Part shown: positions 35,324 through 36,130 of the stretch, piece by piece
Layout of the letters: every line of letters begins with the position of its first letter
How positions within the stretch are numbered: the first letter of the stretch is position 1
Assembly (NCBI GenBank): GCA_018334795.1
Contig: JAGXLH010000001.1
Location: forward strand, 1 to 36,130
Direction: 5' to 3'
DNA from: Thermoplasmatota archaeon
GTDB taxonomy: Archaea; Thermoplasmatota; E2; DHVEG-1
Length of the DNA: 36,130 nucleotides
Made by a program: the position numbers and the translations under genes
Notes under the pieces: model-generated
What the model was told of the DNA's origin: nothing
What the model saw: only the letters and a program-made list of their open reading frames with translations
Database searches by the model: none

Positions 35324-35692
35324 ATGGCTAAAGGAGAAATGTCTCAACAAGTTCAAGATCAAATGGGTAGACTTCAACAATTACAAAATCAATTGCAAGT
35401 CATTCAACAACAACGCGTTCAAGTGGATCAACGATTAAAGGAAATCGAAGAAGCATTAGAAGAACTAGAGAATGCTACTGACAAAACCCCTATCTTCAAA
35501 AGCGTTGGTTCGGTATTAATCAAATCAGATGGAAAAAAGAAAATAGTTGAAGAATTAACTGAAAATAAGGAATCACTTGACATTAGAAGGAATTCTTTGC
35601 ATAAACAGGAAGGTCAGACACGTGAAAAAATTAATGAATTGCAAAGCAAGGTTCAAAATGCATTGGGCATGTCAAGCGGAGATAATGCATAA
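35324..35692 (+). CDS. pfdB: Prefoldin subunit beta
   Basis: 122 aa with a coiled coil - beta hairpin - coiled coil layout: QQLQNQLQVIQQQRVQVDQRLKEIEEALEELE...PIFKSVGSVLIKSDGKK..EL..N.ESLDIR...L.KQE. Confidence 0.85.
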   Translation: MAKGEMSQQVQDQMGRLQQLQNQLQVIQQQRVQVDQRLKEIEEALEELENATDKTPIFKSVGSVLIKSDGKKKIVEELTENKESLDIRRNSLHKQEGQTREKINELQSKVQNALGMSSGDNA

Positions 35693-35735
35693 ATAATAAA
35701 AAATACTATTAATTTAAGGAGTCATCATTCGTATC

Positions 35736-36002
35736 ATGATTAAAGAAAAACATTTTTCAGCGAAATATGATTTTCATACAGGACTCCTTTCAAAAACTTG
35801 TTTTTTTCTTGGTTTTATCTTATTTTTAATATCTCTAGTTGAGTTCATACTTGAAATCAATATATTATTGGAACCTGGATCGTATTTTGCATTAGGCCTA
35901 CTTTTCGTTGGATTTGGTGGTATTTCATGGTTTTTTCATTCCCAGTTCGCCAAGCTTTCTGAAATTGCTGCTGAAATTGAAAATGAACAACACAAAAAAT
36001 AG
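35736..36002 (+). CDS. Small membrane protein (88 aa, two predicted TM helices), unknown function
   Basis: ORF with two hydrophobic stretches (CFFLGFILFLISLVEFIL, YFALGLLFVGFGGISWFF). It sits 43 nt downstream of pfdB on the same strand. Confidence 0.45.
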   Translation: MIKEKHFSAKYDFHTGLLSKTCFFLGFILFLISLVEFILEINILLEPGSYFALGLLFVGFGGISWFFHSQFAKLSEIAAEIENEQHKK

Positions 36003-36018
36003 TATTTTTTATTGTTGA

Positions 36019-36130
36019 TTAATTACCATATCGTCGTTTTCGTTGTTGATATGAGTTAATTGCTTTTAGAAAATCTCTCTTTTGAAAAGCTGGCCAGTAT
36101 ACATCAGTGAAATAGAACTCAGAATATGCC
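36019..36130 (-). CDS. uppS: cis-Prenyltransferase (undecaprenyl/tritrans,polycis-polyprenyl diphosphate synthase), C-terminal 36 codons only
   Basis: Not in the ORF track because the start lies outside the window. The minus strand reads [36 protein letters not shown], matching the conserved UppS C-terminus (YAElyFtd.lWPdF....f..Al..y..R.RRfG). Confidence 0.7.
   Translation of the reverse strand, partial: AYSEFYFTDVYWPAFQKRDFLKAINSYQQRKRRYGN

Overview
AT-rich archaeal chromosomal segment; rRNA and tRNA genes stand out as GC-rich islands. Archaeal identity rests on a 16S-tRNA-Ala-23S-5S operon with long flanking processing stems, prefoldin beta, endonuclease Q and oligo-T terminators. GyrB/GyrA plus clustered secreted peptidases suggest a gyrase-bearing, protein-degrading euryarchaeote (Thermoplasmata/MBG-D-like); that placement is inference only. 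Layout: (1) 1-6329, minus strand, three secreted proteins (orphan 859 aa; 1021 aa DUF2341 + 7 repeats + Ig-like; truncated hydrolase-like), divergent from a tandem Lrp/AsnC regulator. (2) 7.9-8.5 kb, a decayed IS200/IS605 tnpA, then a FemAB/GNAT-like protein, a membrane-anchored SAM methyltransferase and an AmpG-like MFS permease. (3) 12.06-17.09 kb, the rRNA operon on the minus strand. (4) tRNA-Leu, a UPF0200-like kinase, purS, purL, a GAF/fRMsr protein, EndoQ. (5) gyrB carrying a 434-aa HNH-type intein, then gyrA. (6) two tandem paralogous secreted C25 (gingipain-like) cysteine peptidases. (7) prefoldin beta, a small membrane protein and the 3' end of a cis-prenyltransferase. Most unusual: the 5S rRNA gene is about 230 nt, roughly double normal, because a structured 108-nt segment sits between helix V and the 3' strand of helix I. 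No CRISPR array or recognisable defence system was seen. All family calls come from motif recognition by eye, with no database searches.
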